This document shows, one piece after another, positions 37,987 to 47,627 of a stretch of 64,000 nt of DNA. The notes beneath the pieces are model-generated. The model worked only from the letters and a program-made list of their open reading frames with translations, had not been told where the DNA came from and did not search any database. How positions within the stretch are numbered: the first letter of the stretch is position 1; the number at the start of each line of letters is the position of its first letter. The position numbers were made by a program, and so were the translations under genes. Origin of the DNA: a virus (lineage: Duplodnaviria; Caudoviricetes); the IMG/VR virus record IMGVR_UViG_3300033075_000927, positions 14,404-78,403 of that record. One strand, 5' to 3'.

Positions 37987-38519
37987 GGTGACTCTCCGTA
38001 GAACTTCAGGTACTGGAACTTGGCAAGTGTAACCGACCTGATGTTCCAGGAGGCTGTCAGGATTTCGTCTGCCTGCCGCACCTGGGCGTGGTTGATGTCG
38101 CGCCACGACAAGGGGTCGAGGTCTCCCTCTGGCCGCGCCCCGAGGCTCAGCGCCATCGCCGCGTAATGGGTGTTGACCAGCTGGATCTTGGAGTTGTACT
38201 TCAGGGTGGCCACCTGCGCTCGCGCTTTGGCGACGGCCTGCTTCTTGTTGGCCTCGAACTCACCTGGTGTGTCCACCGGGTCGATGTCCGTCCAGTCCCC
38301 AGGCACCTTGGCGCTGGTGCCGGGCGAAATCAGGTTCGTGCGCAGGCTCCAGCTGTCCACCAGGGCACCGGAATACTGGGGTGTCGCGTCGATGACGAAT
38401 TTGTAGACGGCAAAGACGCGCTTGCGCACGTACTCCTGCGGTGCCGTCTTCAGCATCTGCTGTGCCCGCTTGGTCTTGGCCATGAACGGGTTGACGTTGA
38501 CGCGAGCGCCGATCTGCAT
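37983..38519 (-). CDS. neck protein (HK97 gp10-like)
   Basis: TPQYSGALVDSW pattern; position. Confidence 0.65.
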   Translation of the reverse strand: MQIGARVNVNPFMAKTKRAQQMLKTAPQEYVRKRVFAVYKFVIDATPQYSGALVDSWSLRTNLISPGTSAKVPGDWTDIDPVDTPGEFEANKKQAVAKARAQVATLKYNSKIQLVNTHYAAMALSLGARPEGDLDPLSWRDINHAQVRQADEILTASWNIRSVTLAKFQYLKFYGESP

Positions 38520-38520
38520 G

Positions 38521-39474
38521 TCAGGCCCTGCGAACGTGGAGGTTCCAGCAGTCGGCTTCCAGCGTGATGCCGACGATCTGCACGGGTGAGAACTGGGCGT
38601 TTGGCGCTGGCGCGGCGGAGTTGAACTCTGGAATGCGGATCAGCAGCGGCGTGCCAACCTTGGGAGCCGGGTAGTCAGCAAAGCGAACCAGCACCGTCAA
38701 GTCTTCGGGCTTGAACTTCTCAGCTTCGGCCTTGCGCCGGTAGAGCTGATGTGTGGGCATGACCAAGGTCTGGAACGCGCTGGTAGTGCCTGCAAACGTG
38801 TCTGTGACAGGATCGTAGGCCCCTGTCGTCACCTGGGCCTGTGTCAGGCCGTAGCGGTCGATCAGGTCGGCCTCCACCACCGTCATGCCGTCTTCTGCCG
38901 GGTAGCTGGTGCGGCAGCGAAATAGTGTGCCGTCCTCGATGCGGAAGAAGCCCAAGCCCCTGGTATTGGTCTGCTGGCCAGACCAGAAGTTCTGGCCCCA
39001 GAAGCTGTCCTGGGCCCAGTCGGAATTCAGGTTCTTGAAGTCCGCGCCGGCCAGCGTCAAGGTGAAGAACGGGAAGTAGTCTGAGCTGGTGGCCGTGTCC
39101 ACGGTGTTCTTCATCTGCTCCAACCGACCGTAAATGGCCAGGCCGGTGGAAGCCGTCACCACCTGGCCTGGGGTCAAGGCCTGGGCCAAGTTCGTGACCC
39201 TGCGCATGGGCACCGTCTGGCGGATCACCTTGTCGAAAACGGCGTCTGCCGAGGGCTCTCCCAACAGCCAGATTTCGCCAAGCAGGCTGGCCACTCTGCG
39301 GGCCGGCAGGGTGAGGCCTGGGGCCATGCTCATGGTGCGGCGGCGGGCGACGGAGCCGTCAGGGTCGGTCTCTTCGAACGTGCTGAACTGAACCTTGTAG
39401 GGCATTGCGGTGCCGGTGTAGGCATCGGCCATGCTGACACGGTCGAAATACTTGGCGGCGTTTGCGAGCTTCAA
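38521..39474 (-). CDS. head closure/connector protein
   Basis: 317-aa ORF with TTG start in the head-tail joining block. Confidence 0.6.
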   Translation of the reverse strand: MKLANAAKYFDRVSMADAYTGTAMPYKVQFSTFEETDPDGSVARRRTMSMAPGLTLPARRVASLLGEIWLLGEPSADAVFDKVIRQTVPMRRVTNLAQALTPGQVVTASTGLAIYGRLEQMKNTVDTATSSDYFPFFTLTLAGADFKNLNSDWAQDSFWGQNFWSGQQTNTRGLGFFRIEDGTLFRCRTSYPAEDGMTVVEADLIDRYGLTQAQVTTGAYDPVTDTFAGTTSAFQTLVMPTHQLYRRKAEAEKFKPEDLTVLVRFADYPAPKVGTPLLIRIPEFNSAAPAPNAQFSPVQIVGITLEADCWNLHVRRA

Positions 39475-39476
39475 GA

Positions 39477-39974
39477 TCAGGCTCCGGTCACTGGGTCGGT
39501 GGCGATGCCGGTCGAGCGCACGAAGATGGGCGCTACGATGCTGTTGGTCAGCGTGGTGCTGTTCAGGGTGCCGTAGGCGGCTGCAACGCGGCTGCGGGCC
39601 AGTGACAGTCCGGCCAGCACGCCGTCTCTCACGTCTTGGAATGGGTCGGCCTGCCGGTCGAAGTCTGCCCGGCCATCCCCGATGCTTTTCGGTGCGAACA
39701 AGGGAAGCGAGGTCAGGAGCTGTTTGGCGACGTTGAATGTTGAGAACAGCTGCACCGCGTCGTAAAACCGTTGCTGCACCGTGGTCAGGGGGCCGGGCAA
39801 GGCCGCAACTGTAGCATAAGTCGATTCGACATCCGAAGCGATGTCCGCCAGCTCGAAGCCCAGGTCTCGCATGTACATGGGCAGCGCCAGGGTCGCGTCT
39901 TCAAGCTCCTCGTCGCTCACGCCAAGGGTTGCTCGAATTTCGTCGTAGGATGTGAATTGGGTAATGGTGGCCAT
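39477..39974 (-). CDS. head-tail adaptor
   Basis: MATITQFTSYDEIRATLGVS; position; no RBS, -10 six nt upstream. Confidence 0.6.
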   Translation of the reverse strand: MATITQFTSYDEIRATLGVSDEELEDATLALPMYMRDLGFELADIASDVESTYATVAALPGPLTTVQQRFYDAVQLFSTFNVAKQLLTSLPLFAPKSIGDGRADFDRQADPFQDVRDGVLAGLSLARSRVAAAYGTLNSTTLTNSIVAPIFVRSTGIATDPVTGA

Positions 39975-40098
39975 GCCCGGATTATGTGCTTGGGGCCTTG
40001 TGGCGGCGGTGCAGAAGGTGGGAAGTGGGAAGTAGTTCAGCAGCACCTTGAGCTGTTCTGTGCTACAATGCAATCTTCATCAACTCAAGGTATTGAAA

Positions 40099-40233
40099 AT
40101 GGGCCCCACGATCCAAGTCCGGCTGCCGGACGAACTGAAAGCAGCACTTCAAGCCCGCGCCGACGCGGAAGGTCGCACGCTGTCTAACCTGATACGCAGG
40201 ATTCTGGAGCAGGCGATGAAGGAGCAGGCATGA
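40099..40233 (+). CDS. ribbon-helix-helix (Arc/CopG-like) regulator
   Basis: IQVRLPDELKAALQARADAEGRTLSNLIRRIL; extended -10 TGCTACAAT at 40061-40069. Confidence 0.85.
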   Translation: MGPTIQVRLPDELKAALQARADAEGRTLSNLIRRILEQAMKEQA

Positions 40234-40284
40234 GCTACACCGACATCAATGCTGGCAAGCGCCGGGTGGGCCAGAACCGCTAAG

Positions 40285-40316
40285 AATAAGGCCCGCATTA
40301 GCGGGCCTTATTATTT
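40285..40316. terminator. bidirectional intrinsic terminator
   Basis: AATAAGGCCCGC-atta-GCGGGCCTTATT. Confidence 0.8.
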
Positions 40317-40508
40317 CTGCTTCGGTTGTTCCGGCTCATACGGAACCAACCACCCAGCCTGCTCTCTTGTCCAAGCTGACGGAGTGACCCGCTGCGGTAC
40401 ACCGGGCTCAAAGACAAGTCCCGTATTTGGGTCTTGCATAGCGAAGACAGCCTTACTGACTAGCAAGGCTGTCTCTGTCTGCACCTGTTTCGCTGCCTGT
40501 GTAGCCAT
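40311..40508 (-). CDS. small head-associated protein
   Basis: 65 aa immediately downstream of MCP. Confidence 0.55.
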   Translation of the reverse strand: MATQAAKQVQTETALLVSKAVFAMQDPNTGLVFEPGVPQRVTPSAWTREQAGWLVPYEPEQPKQK

Positions 40509-40542
40509 GTCAGAAGCCCAGACTAGCTGGACACTTTAGCTA

Positions 40543-41739
40543 TTAGGCAGTGATGACCAGGCGGTCAAACGGTTTCAGGTCAACGTCACCGTAAGTGCGG
40601 AAGATACCTTCGCTCCAATCGAAGCGCATCATAGAGCTGCGCTTCATAGCGTACTCTTCCATTGCAGAGTAAGAGGCACCTGTGTTGGTGACTCGGGTCA
40701 GGGCGCTGCGAGCATCCAGGGCCCAGACTTGGCCTTCTGGGATTGGGCCGCCATCAGCAGCGTCATCGACCAGGAAAACCTTGACATCTTCGCCAAAAGA
40801 GACGTTGATGGGCATGGCGTTTTGGCCGCCAGCAATGGCACCAGCCATGCGAGGGTCATAGTTCACAGTGCCGGGGCGACCTGTGCGGCCTTCGATCTGC
40901 AGGTAAGTGCCGACCGTACAAGCAACGTGCGTGATCTTGCGATACTTGCGGTTACGGGCCAGGAACTTCACCCAAGCTTTGTGCGTCAGCACGCCGCCAG
41001 TAGAGGTGGAATCCAAGGCGCTGGATGCGACGGTTGCCACGGTGGTTTTGTTCAGGTCGCCGCCGCCAAGGAAGACCTCGGACAGGTAGGTGTTGACGCG
41101 CTCGTCGCGCTCGATCATCAGGTAGCGGGCCACCGACATCGTCACGAAGTCCAGGGTCGTTGCACGCAGGGCCTGGTCAGACCACTGCATACCCATGTTC
41201 CACACAGGAAGCTTGCGCACCACGTCAGAGGTGGAGAAGCTGATCAACAGGGGAGGCGGGGCGTTCTGGGCCATGCGCTGAGACTTGCCAGCCTCAGTCT
41301 TGGTGTAGTCGATGACAGGCTGCTCGAATACCTCAGTGGCGATGCTCATGTTCATGCCGACCATGCTATCGAACGCTGTGGTGTCGGAAGTCATGTCCTT
41401 GAGCATCTTGCTTTCAGTTGCATCAAGAATGGTCTGCACCACGAAGGCGCGGGACTCGGTGCCCATCGTGCCAGTGCCCTTGGACACGTTCAAGTTTGCC
41501 TCGATCTGGCCCAGGGTCAGGTCGGTGAAGCCGAAGTCCTTGTTGCCTTGGGCATAGATGCCCAGTGAGCTGCGGAACTGCTCCATCGCAGTGCCGACTT
41601 TCAGATTGGCATCAGCAAATGTGCGGTTGATGTAGGCTGTAGGACTGAGGCCGGCTTCGCGGGGCTTGTCAAGCAGCATGTCAGCGGTGATTTCCACCTG
41701 CTGAACACCGCCAGTTGAGTCGATATAAGATGCTTTCAT
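40543..41739 (-). CDS. major capsid protein
   Basis: 398 aa after protease and decoration genes; strong RBS aggag; HK97-like size and order. Confidence 0.85.
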   Translation of the reverse strand: MKASYIDSTGGVQQVEITADMLLDKPREAGLSPTAYINRTFADANLKVGTAMEQFRSSLGIYAQGNKDFGFTDLTLGQIEANLNVSKGTGTMGTESRAFVVQTILDATESKMLKDMTSDTTAFDSMVGMNMSIATEVFEQPVIDYTKTEAGKSQRMAQNAPPPLLISFSTSDVVRKLPVWNMGMQWSDQALRATTLDFVTMSVARYLMIERDERVNTYLSEVFLGGGDLNKTTVATVASSALDSTSTGGVLTHKAWVKFLARNRKYRKITHVACTVGTYLQIEGRTGRPGTVNYDPRMAGAIAGGQNAMPINVSFGEDVKVFLVDDAADGGPIPEGQVWALDARSALTRVTNTGASYSAMEEYAMKRSSMMRFDWSEGIFRTYGDVDLKPFDRLVITA

Positions 41740-41764
41740 GGGGTTCTCCTGTGCGGTTCTGGGG

Positions 41765-42241
41765 TTAGACTCGTTCGATCACGATGGTAGTACCCACCGC
41801 GCCAGTGCCGGCGGTCCACAAAGAGACGACGCGCCACTTGAAGTTCAAAGTGTTGCCAGCAGCCGTGGCCTTGCATACCTTGGGGTAACCGGTCAGCGCG
41901 GTGCCTTTGGCGGTGATGGTGCCAGCGACGACGTAGTCACCGATGGCAATGGCACCAGTGCCGGGTGTGGCCTGCAGGCCATCAGCCATTGCAAAGTAGC
42001 GGCCAAATTCGTGGACACCGCCAATTGAGAAATCGTTCTGGGTGGAGGACTCCACCGAGGTGATGAAACCTTCGATCTCGTTGCCAGCGGCACAAAGGTC
42101 AAAGCGGGAGTCGCCGGCCAATCTGACAGGCTTGCCGACTTCACGGTAGTCGTAGTTGTTGGCGGCACCGGCTGCGGCAAGGCGGACAACCTTGGAGCCT
42201 TCAGGTGTGGCAGAGGGGGCGAGGTAGTGGTCACGGGCCAT
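41765..42241 (-). CDS. head decoration protein
   Basis: VGKPVRLAGDSRFDLCAAGNEIEG; lies between protease and MCP. Confidence 0.7.
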   Translation of the reverse strand: MARDHYLAPSATPEGSKVVRLAAAGAANNYDYREVGKPVRLAGDSRFDLCAAGNEIEGFITSVESSTQNDFSIGGVHEFGRYFAMADGLQATPGTGAIAIGDYVVAGTITAKGTALTGYPKVCKATAAGNTLNFKWRVVSLWTAGTGAVGTTIVIERV

Positions 42242-42256
42242 TTTTGGGCTCCTAGG

Positions 42257-43654
42257 TTAACGGTTTTGGGCTTGCAGCAGGACTGCGAATAGTGGTGACT
42301 GCTGCTTGGTAGCTACTGGCTGTGTAACTGGCACAGTAGCCGCAGGCGTTGAAGCAGTCTTGAACTTGGACTTGAACTTGGCGCTCAGGTCTGCGTGGGC
42401 TTCCAGAACCTGCGCGATGGTCATGGCCTGCACGGCTTCAGCTGTCACGCCGAAGTGCAAGCCCATCGTGCGGACGGAGGCGCGGGCAATGTCAATGGAG
42501 CCGGCTGCCTGGGCCTCGGCGGTGGCCTGGGCTTCTTTGGCGGTGGCCAGCTCAGCTTGAGCGGCAGTCATGGCCTGGGCGGATGCAGCGGCTGCCGTCT
42601 CCGCATCTGCTTTCGCAGTGGCGAGGTCGGCTTTCAGCTGTTCAACCTCAGCCTGCAGCACAGAGACTTGGGGGTCAACCTGGGCCGTGGGCGGCGCAAG
42701 GTCTACCCCAGCTTCTGCAGCTGCCAGAGCTTCTGGGGAGAGTTCTGTAGGCATTTGGGATGTGGATGTGGTTTCGATAGCTGCATTATGGCCAGCCATC
42801 GTGCTTTGTCGAGTGCCGGGCGCAGCTTGACTTCGCAGATTCCGCTTATTGGATGCCTCACCCAACTTCACAGCTTCAGCCAAGGCTTCCTCGAATGTGC
42901 CAAGCTTGTCAACCAGTCCTGCGTCCACAGCCTGCTGGCCAATGAACACCCGGCCTTGGCCAAATTTCTCGTCAGCAACTTCAGCATTCAGGCCCCGCTG
43001 CTCGGCCACATGACCGAGGAACAAGCTGTAGAAGGCCTGAGCTTGATCTTCCATCTCGGCTTTGGCCTCGTCGGAGAGCTTCTCGTAGGGGTTGGACAAG
43101 GCCTTCTTGTCTCCGGCCCGAACGACCGTAACTTTCAGGCCTTCTTTTGCCAGCTGCTCTGTGCGGTCTACGTGCATCACCAGGATGCCAAGGCTGCCGA
43201 CCGTTGCTGACTCGGACGCGAAGACCTTCTTGCCAGAAGAGCCGGACCACAGGGCGGCGGAGGCCATCGTGCCGCCCGTGTAGGTGATCATGGGCTTCAT
43301 CTTGCCGGCCTTGGCCAGGAACTTGGACAGGTCATGCACGCCTGCCACCTGCCCGCCGCCTGAATCCACGTCCAGCAGAATGCTGGAAATGCTCTCATCG
43401 GCCAAGGCCTGGCTCACCGCAGCTTTCACGTCGCCGTAGCCGGTGTACCCGAAGTAGCCCATGAAGCCAGCGTAGCCGTTGATCAAAGAGCCCTTGATAC
43501 CCACCACAGCGACGTTGCCGTACTTGGCAAAGCGCAAAGGCTCTGGCGGCCTTGCATCCGGTGTCATGGACAAAGCTCTGGCAGCGCTGATGTCTGCCAT
43601 CAGGCGCTGGCCAGAGCCTTCGTCGCCGCAGTAAAGTGTGAGTTCGTGATTCAT
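42257..43654 (-). CDS. S49 (SppA/ClpP-like) prohead protease with C-terminal scaffold
   Basis: LLDVDSGGGQVAG, MASAALW, VGSLG, AGDKKA, AVDAGLVD; Ala-rich coiled C-terminus. Confidence 0.9.
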   Translation of the reverse strand: MNHELTLYCGDEGSGQRLMADISAARALSMTPDARPPEPLRFAKYGNVAVVGIKGSLINGYAGFMGYFGYTGYGDVKAAVSQALADESISSILLDVDSGGGQVAGVHDLSKFLAKAGKMKPMITYTGGTMASAALWSGSSGKKVFASESATVGSLGILVMHVDRTEQLAKEGLKVTVVRAGDKKALSNPYEKLSDEAKAEMEDQAQAFYSLFLGHVAEQRGLNAEVADEKFGQGRVFIGQQAVDAGLVDKLGTFEEALAEAVKLGEASNKRNLRSQAAPGTRQSTMAGHNAAIETTSTSQMPTELSPEALAAAEAGVDLAPPTAQVDPQVSVLQAEVEQLKADLATAKADAETAAAASAQAMTAAQAELATAKEAQATAEAQAAGSIDIARASVRTMGLHFGVTAEAVQAMTIAQVLEAHADLSAKFKSKFKTASTPAATVPVTQPVATKQQSPLFAVLLQAQNR

Positions 43655-43691
43655 GCGCAGATTATGTCTTTGGCGCATGAACCAGCCGTGT

Positions 43692-43904
43692 TCAATCTTG
43701 CGAAAGTGCCTCTTCTGGCTTGTCGGGCCAGGCTCCGATTGGGCATTTCGTGGCAGCCATCGAGATCTTGGAAGCCAGGATGCAGGAGCAGGCCCGGCAG
43801 ATCACGAACCCAAGGTCTGCCTTGTTCGGGCACTTGTCGCAGGCCGCCCACCGGGCCTGCTGGATTGGGGCTGAGGCGAAGAGGCTCAAATCACTTCGCC
43901 CCAC
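43692..43904 (-). CDS. small Cys-rich protein (DUF6171-like)
   Basis: R...CDKCP...CRACSCIL..K....CPIGAW. Confidence 0.65.
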   Translation of the reverse strand: MGRSDLSLFASAPIQQARWAACDKCPNKADLGFVICRACSCILASKISMAATKCPIGAWPDKPEEALSQD

Positions 43905-45154
43905 TCGATCACCGCGCTGACCACAGCCGACGTGGCCGTGCAGGTCACGACGATGTACTCGCCGCGCACAACTGGGAAGGTGATCAGGCCTGGGGCCGGA
44001 TTCTCGAAGCTGCGGGGGTTCAGGGCCTGCACCGGCACGGCCACCACGTTCTTCATCAGGGCCACGTTCACGGAGGTGGAGCGTACCGCCCCGGCCACTG
44101 TGTCAGGTGAGTTCGTCTCGATATAGCTGCCATTGCCGATCCCGACAAACGTGCCACCAGTGATGGCGGCTGGGTTGTTTCCTGTCCAGACCTTGAATGT
44201 GGCTGCCGTAGTGCTGGAGAAGTAGAGCCGAGCAAGTTGTACCGCCCTCGTGTTCGTCTTGCCATTGATCAGCAGCGGGCTGCGCACGACAATGACGTGC
44301 AGGTTGGTGCCGTTGATCGACACGGCCTCCGCGTAGGCTGAGTCATACTGGTAGACCACCTTGGTTCCATTCTCGCTGGTCACATCGGCGCAGGCGACGT
44401 TCATCACCACGTCCTGGGTCGTGCGAGTCGCCTTGAACGCGACAGGCAGAGCCGGATCTTCAAGGCTTGCAGACGTGAGCTTGCCCAGGTTGTCGAAGGT
44501 GTGGACGCGCTTTTGCACCCCGGTAGACGGGTCACCGATGAAGAAGTGGTAATTGCCAGCTGAGCGCCACTGAAACTGGATGTCGTAGATGTTGTTTTTC
44601 TCGACATCGAAGCCTGTCAGCACAGATGTGTCGATCAGCCCCTCGCGCACCTCTACCCCAGCGCGGCGCAGCACAGCATAAAGCTTTCCGTCCGACTTCA
44701 GGCGGAAGAACACGCCATTCTCGTTGGTGAACAAGCCGAAGTCGCGCACGCCTGCATTGGTCTTCGCCGGCAGCCACATGGCCGTGCTGAACAGGTGGCC
44801 ACGGTTGGGCTGGTAGCGCGGACACTCGCGGGATTCAAGCCTGACGACCGGCTGCGCCGCATTGGCCGTGATCTGAGCCACACCTCCGACAGAGGCGATG
44901 TTGGTTGAGGTGGCCACGTTCGTGGTGTTGTGCCACATCATCCAGACGGTGGGCGGGATGTCGAAGGTGAACAATCCGTGCAGCAAGCTGTGAGGCAGGC
45001 TGACCTTCTGGGCGCCCCAAGCGTCGATGGTCAGGTCGCCCTTGCCGGTGGCTCCGCCGCCTCCGATGGCCACGCGCTTGGCATGCGTGCCGTCTCCCAT
45101 GTCAACGAAGGTTTCTTTGGTGCCGTAGCCCGAGGGCCTGATGATGTCTGACAT
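43886..45154 (-). CDS. putative virion structural protein (beta-rich)
   Basis: 422 aa, RYQPNRG...FGLFTNENGVFF; lies between portal and protease. Confidence 0.6.
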   Translation of the reverse strand: MSDIIRPSGYGTKETFVDMGDGTHAKRVAIGGGGATGKGDLTIDAWGAQKVSLPHSLLHGLFTFDIPPTVWMMWHNTTNVATSTNIASVGGVAQITANAAQPVVRLESRECPRYQPNRGHLFSTAMWLPAKTNAGVRDFGLFTNENGVFFRLKSDGKLYAVLRRAGVEVREGLIDTSVLTGFDVEKNNIYDIQFQWRSAGNYHFFIGDPSTGVQKRVHTFDNLGKLTSASLEDPALPVAFKATRTTQDVVMNVACADVTSENGTKVVYQYDSAYAEAVSINGTNLHVIVVRSPLLINGKTNTRAVQLARLYFSSTTAATFKVWTGNNPAAITGGTFVGIGNGSYIETNSPDTVAGAVRSTSVNVALMKNVVAVPVQALNPRSFENPAPGLITFPVVRGEYIVVTCTATSAVVSAVIEWGEVI

Positions 45155-45210
45155 GTGCGTCTTTCAGAAATGTTTCTGGGATTTTGCTGTTGGCTGGCGG
45201 GCTGTCAAGT

Positions 45211-46713
45211 TCATTTTTGCGTTTTGGGCTGCGCTGGCGTGCCAGGTTTCAGGTTCTTGTCCGGTGCGCCCATGCCCGATGTCTGCGATGCAGCGGTTCC
45301 TGGTTGTTCTTGGGTGGTCGCGCTGGCGCTGGCGCTGTAGAAGCCGGTTCCGCTCAGGGGCTTGAAGCCTGCTGGGGTCAGGTGGCCGGTGAGGGCCAGG
45401 GCAGCTTCGTCGTCGGTGACAAATCCGAGGCTCAGCAGTTGCAAGGTGTTGGAGGTCTCCATGCTCCTGTAAGCGGCCAGCTCGGAGCTGGGGCGCAAGT
45501 CGATGTCTGCGTATCGGAATTCGACATAACCATCGACCCCCATCACGCGGATAGCCACGGTCAGCGCCCGACTGTACAGCTCGTTGAGTTTGCGCCTCAG
45601 CACGTCTGCCGTCTTTATGTAGAGCAAGGATTCGGTGGATGAGGTGTTGGAAGTGCCACCGTGACCAAGCACTACTGGCAAGGTCTTCGCGCCTGCGGCC
45701 AGTTTGCCATTCAGCACCTTCTGGATGCGCTCGATGATTGTAGAGGGGTCATGTCCTCCTTGGACGTAGCTCCACTCAACACTATCAAATGCTACGAGCG
45801 CGTCTTCTGGATTCAGTCCGTTCACCACCCCCTCAATAGCTTGTAGGACTGAGGACAGGTACTCGGAGAACTTGGTGGGGTCGTTCGCAATTTCTGGTGG
45901 GCAGTTCTTTCTGACCATTTCAGTATCGACTGTGCCTGTGAAGCGCGGATGAACAGCGCGTTTTAGCACTCGTCTTACATCATCGGTGAATTCTGTGTCA
46001 GCCAGGGCTGGTTGAGATGCCGCTTGGATAATGCCTGAGCTGTATGGTTCGGTTAAGAGCTGATCGACGGAAACGTAGATGAACGTCGGGATGTCCAAGT
46101 CGATTTCTTCTGAGCCGAGCTTCTGCTTCCACTTAATGGCATTGTCCTCGTCATAAGCTTCCAGCTTCGTGACTGAGATTGGGTTCATGGAGGCAGGGAT
46201 TCGGGCCTTGTCAAGGGCTACTTCTACTGCCGCAGCGCCATAGTAAATCAGCTCTTTTCCAAGTTGCTCTGACAGGCTCTGGATAGTTTGCTGCGCACCG
46301 TATGAGCCATCCACGTTGCCTAAGAATGTCAAGCGCCGCAGCAGCTCCTGTGCCAGCTCGGTAGCCTTCCTGTCAACCGCCCCATCTAGGTTGTAGCCTA
46401 TAGTAGTGAATTTTTCTGGAATGCCTGTGCGCAGGAGCATTGATACCGCAGCTGCGAGGTCTGGACTCGTCTCTGCCAGTTCTCTAGTTACGGCATATTG
46501 GTTGGCGCCAGTTCTTGCATTGAGCCTTGACGTGTTGGCAAGGTCTCGGGTGGGGCGGCGGATAGCCGACGCCTGTGGTTCGGCCTGTGTCCTGTGACTT
46601 GGCACCGCCTGAGGTGCGTTTGGTGCCTTGGGGAGGGGCGGCGCGGGGAGGGTCGCAGCCTGCGGCCCGGTGTCTGGCTTTTCGCCACGGTGGAAGAAGT
46701 CGAAGAATTTCAT
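45211..46713 (-). CDS. portal protein
   Basis: About 500 aa after TerL; ELIYYGAAAVEV and HGGTSN.SSTE patterns; size and synteny. Confidence 0.8.
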   Translation of the reverse strand: MKFFDFFHRGEKPDTGPQAATLPAPPLPKAPNAPQAVPSHRTQAEPQASAIRRPTRDLANTSRLNARTGANQYAVTRELAETSPDLAAAVSMLLRTGIPEKFTTIGYNLDGAVDRKATELAQELLRRLTFLGNVDGSYGAQQTIQSLSEQLGKELIYYGAAAVEVALDKARIPASMNPISVTKLEAYDEDNAIKWKQKLGSEEIDLDIPTFIYVSVDQLLTEPYSSGIIQAASQPALADTEFTDDVRRVLKRAVHPRFTGTVDTEMVRKNCPPEIANDPTKFSEYLSSVLQAIEGVVNGLNPEDALVAFDSVEWSYVQGGHDPSTIIERIQKVLNGKLAAGAKTLPVVLGHGGTSNTSSTESLLYIKTADVLRRKLNELYSRALTVAIRVMGVDGYVEFRYADIDLRPSSELAAYRSMETSNTLQLLSLGFVTDDEAALALTGHLTPAGFKPLSGTGFYSASASATTQEQPGTAASQTSGMGAPDKNLKPGTPAQPKTQK

Positions 46714-46768
46714 GGGTAGGCCTTTAGGTGGGCGGGCCATGAAAAATGCCCGCATCGCGGGCATGGTA

Positions 46769-47548
46769 TCACAGGTCTCTGGGTGCGTGGGAGTAGGTAG
46801 CTCTCACTTTCTCGTCCCTCCAAGCTTTCGCCAGCCTCTCAGCTTCCTCCGGGCCATACACGTCTTCTTTATAGGTTGGTGACGTACACTTTACCCCGTC
46901 AAAGGATACGTAGCCTTCCCAGTACCAAGCGCCTCTTCGGCAGTACCTGCCCACACCACGAGTACCTGAACTGTTGTCAACCCTCAATCCGCTGTTCTGG
47001 TTGTTCTGTGACCTTGTGGCGATCCTCAGATTCTCAGGCCTGTTGTCAGCCTTGTCCTGGTTTATATGATCTAAGTCAAACCCTTTAGGGGCAGGCTCAC
47101 CATAGAACATAGCCCAAACTATCTGGTGCTCTTTGTAAGTCCTGCGCTTTATCTGCAAATACCTGTAACCGTAGTTGTCCAGGTATGTCGCTTGCTCTCC
47201 CACTTTCTTGGCGTTGAAGTGCCTCTGCGTAGCTACACGAAGGCCTTTAAGTTCACGGCAAAAGTAAAAATGAGACCATAGATACTCAAAAAGTTCAACA
47301 AACTCAGGGTCGGTGGACTTACAGGACGGCTTCAGGAAGTTTACGAAGGAGTCTGTAGACACAGGTGCAACTTCCTCCTGCAGGTACTCTGAAGCTGCGA
47401 CTTCTGCACTAACTAGCGCATTGCTAATCTTGGCCGTGGTTTGACGGGCAGGTGTAGGGGCCTTGCTTTTACGCTTAGGCATAGGTAAACTGATACATGG
47501 CATGGTAATCTCCGTAGCGGTCGTGGAGGTGGGGGTAAGAAATGCCAT
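46769..47548 (-). CDS. free-standing HNH endonuclease
   Basis: YKEHQIVW...DLDHINQDKADNRPENLR; true start may be the second Met. Confidence 0.85.
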   Translation of the reverse strand: MAFLTPTSTTATEITMPCISLPMPKRKSKAPTPARQTTAKISNALVSAEVAASEYLQEEVAPVSTDSFVNFLKPSCKSTDPEFVELFEYLWSHFYFCRELKGLRVATQRHFNAKKVGEQATYLDNYGYRYLQIKRRTYKEHQIVWAMFYGEPAPKGFDLDHINQDKADNRPENLRIATRSQNNQNSGLRVDNSSGTRGVGRYCRRGAWYWEGYVSFDGVKCTSPTYKEDVYGPEEAERLAKAWRDEKVRATYSHAPRDL

Positions 47549-47564
47549 TATACAGTTACACCTG

Positions 47565-47602
47565 AAGCGTAGCTGTAATGAACTCTAATTACAGCTACGC
47601 TT
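47565..47602. promoter_or_regulatory. 15-bp inverted repeat upstream of the HNH promoter (-10 TATAAT at 47547-47552, minus strand)
   Basis: AAGCGTAGCTGTAAT-8-ATTACAGCTACGCTT. Confidence 0.6.
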
Positions 47603-47627
47603 TTGATAGAAATTCCCTATCCCGTGC

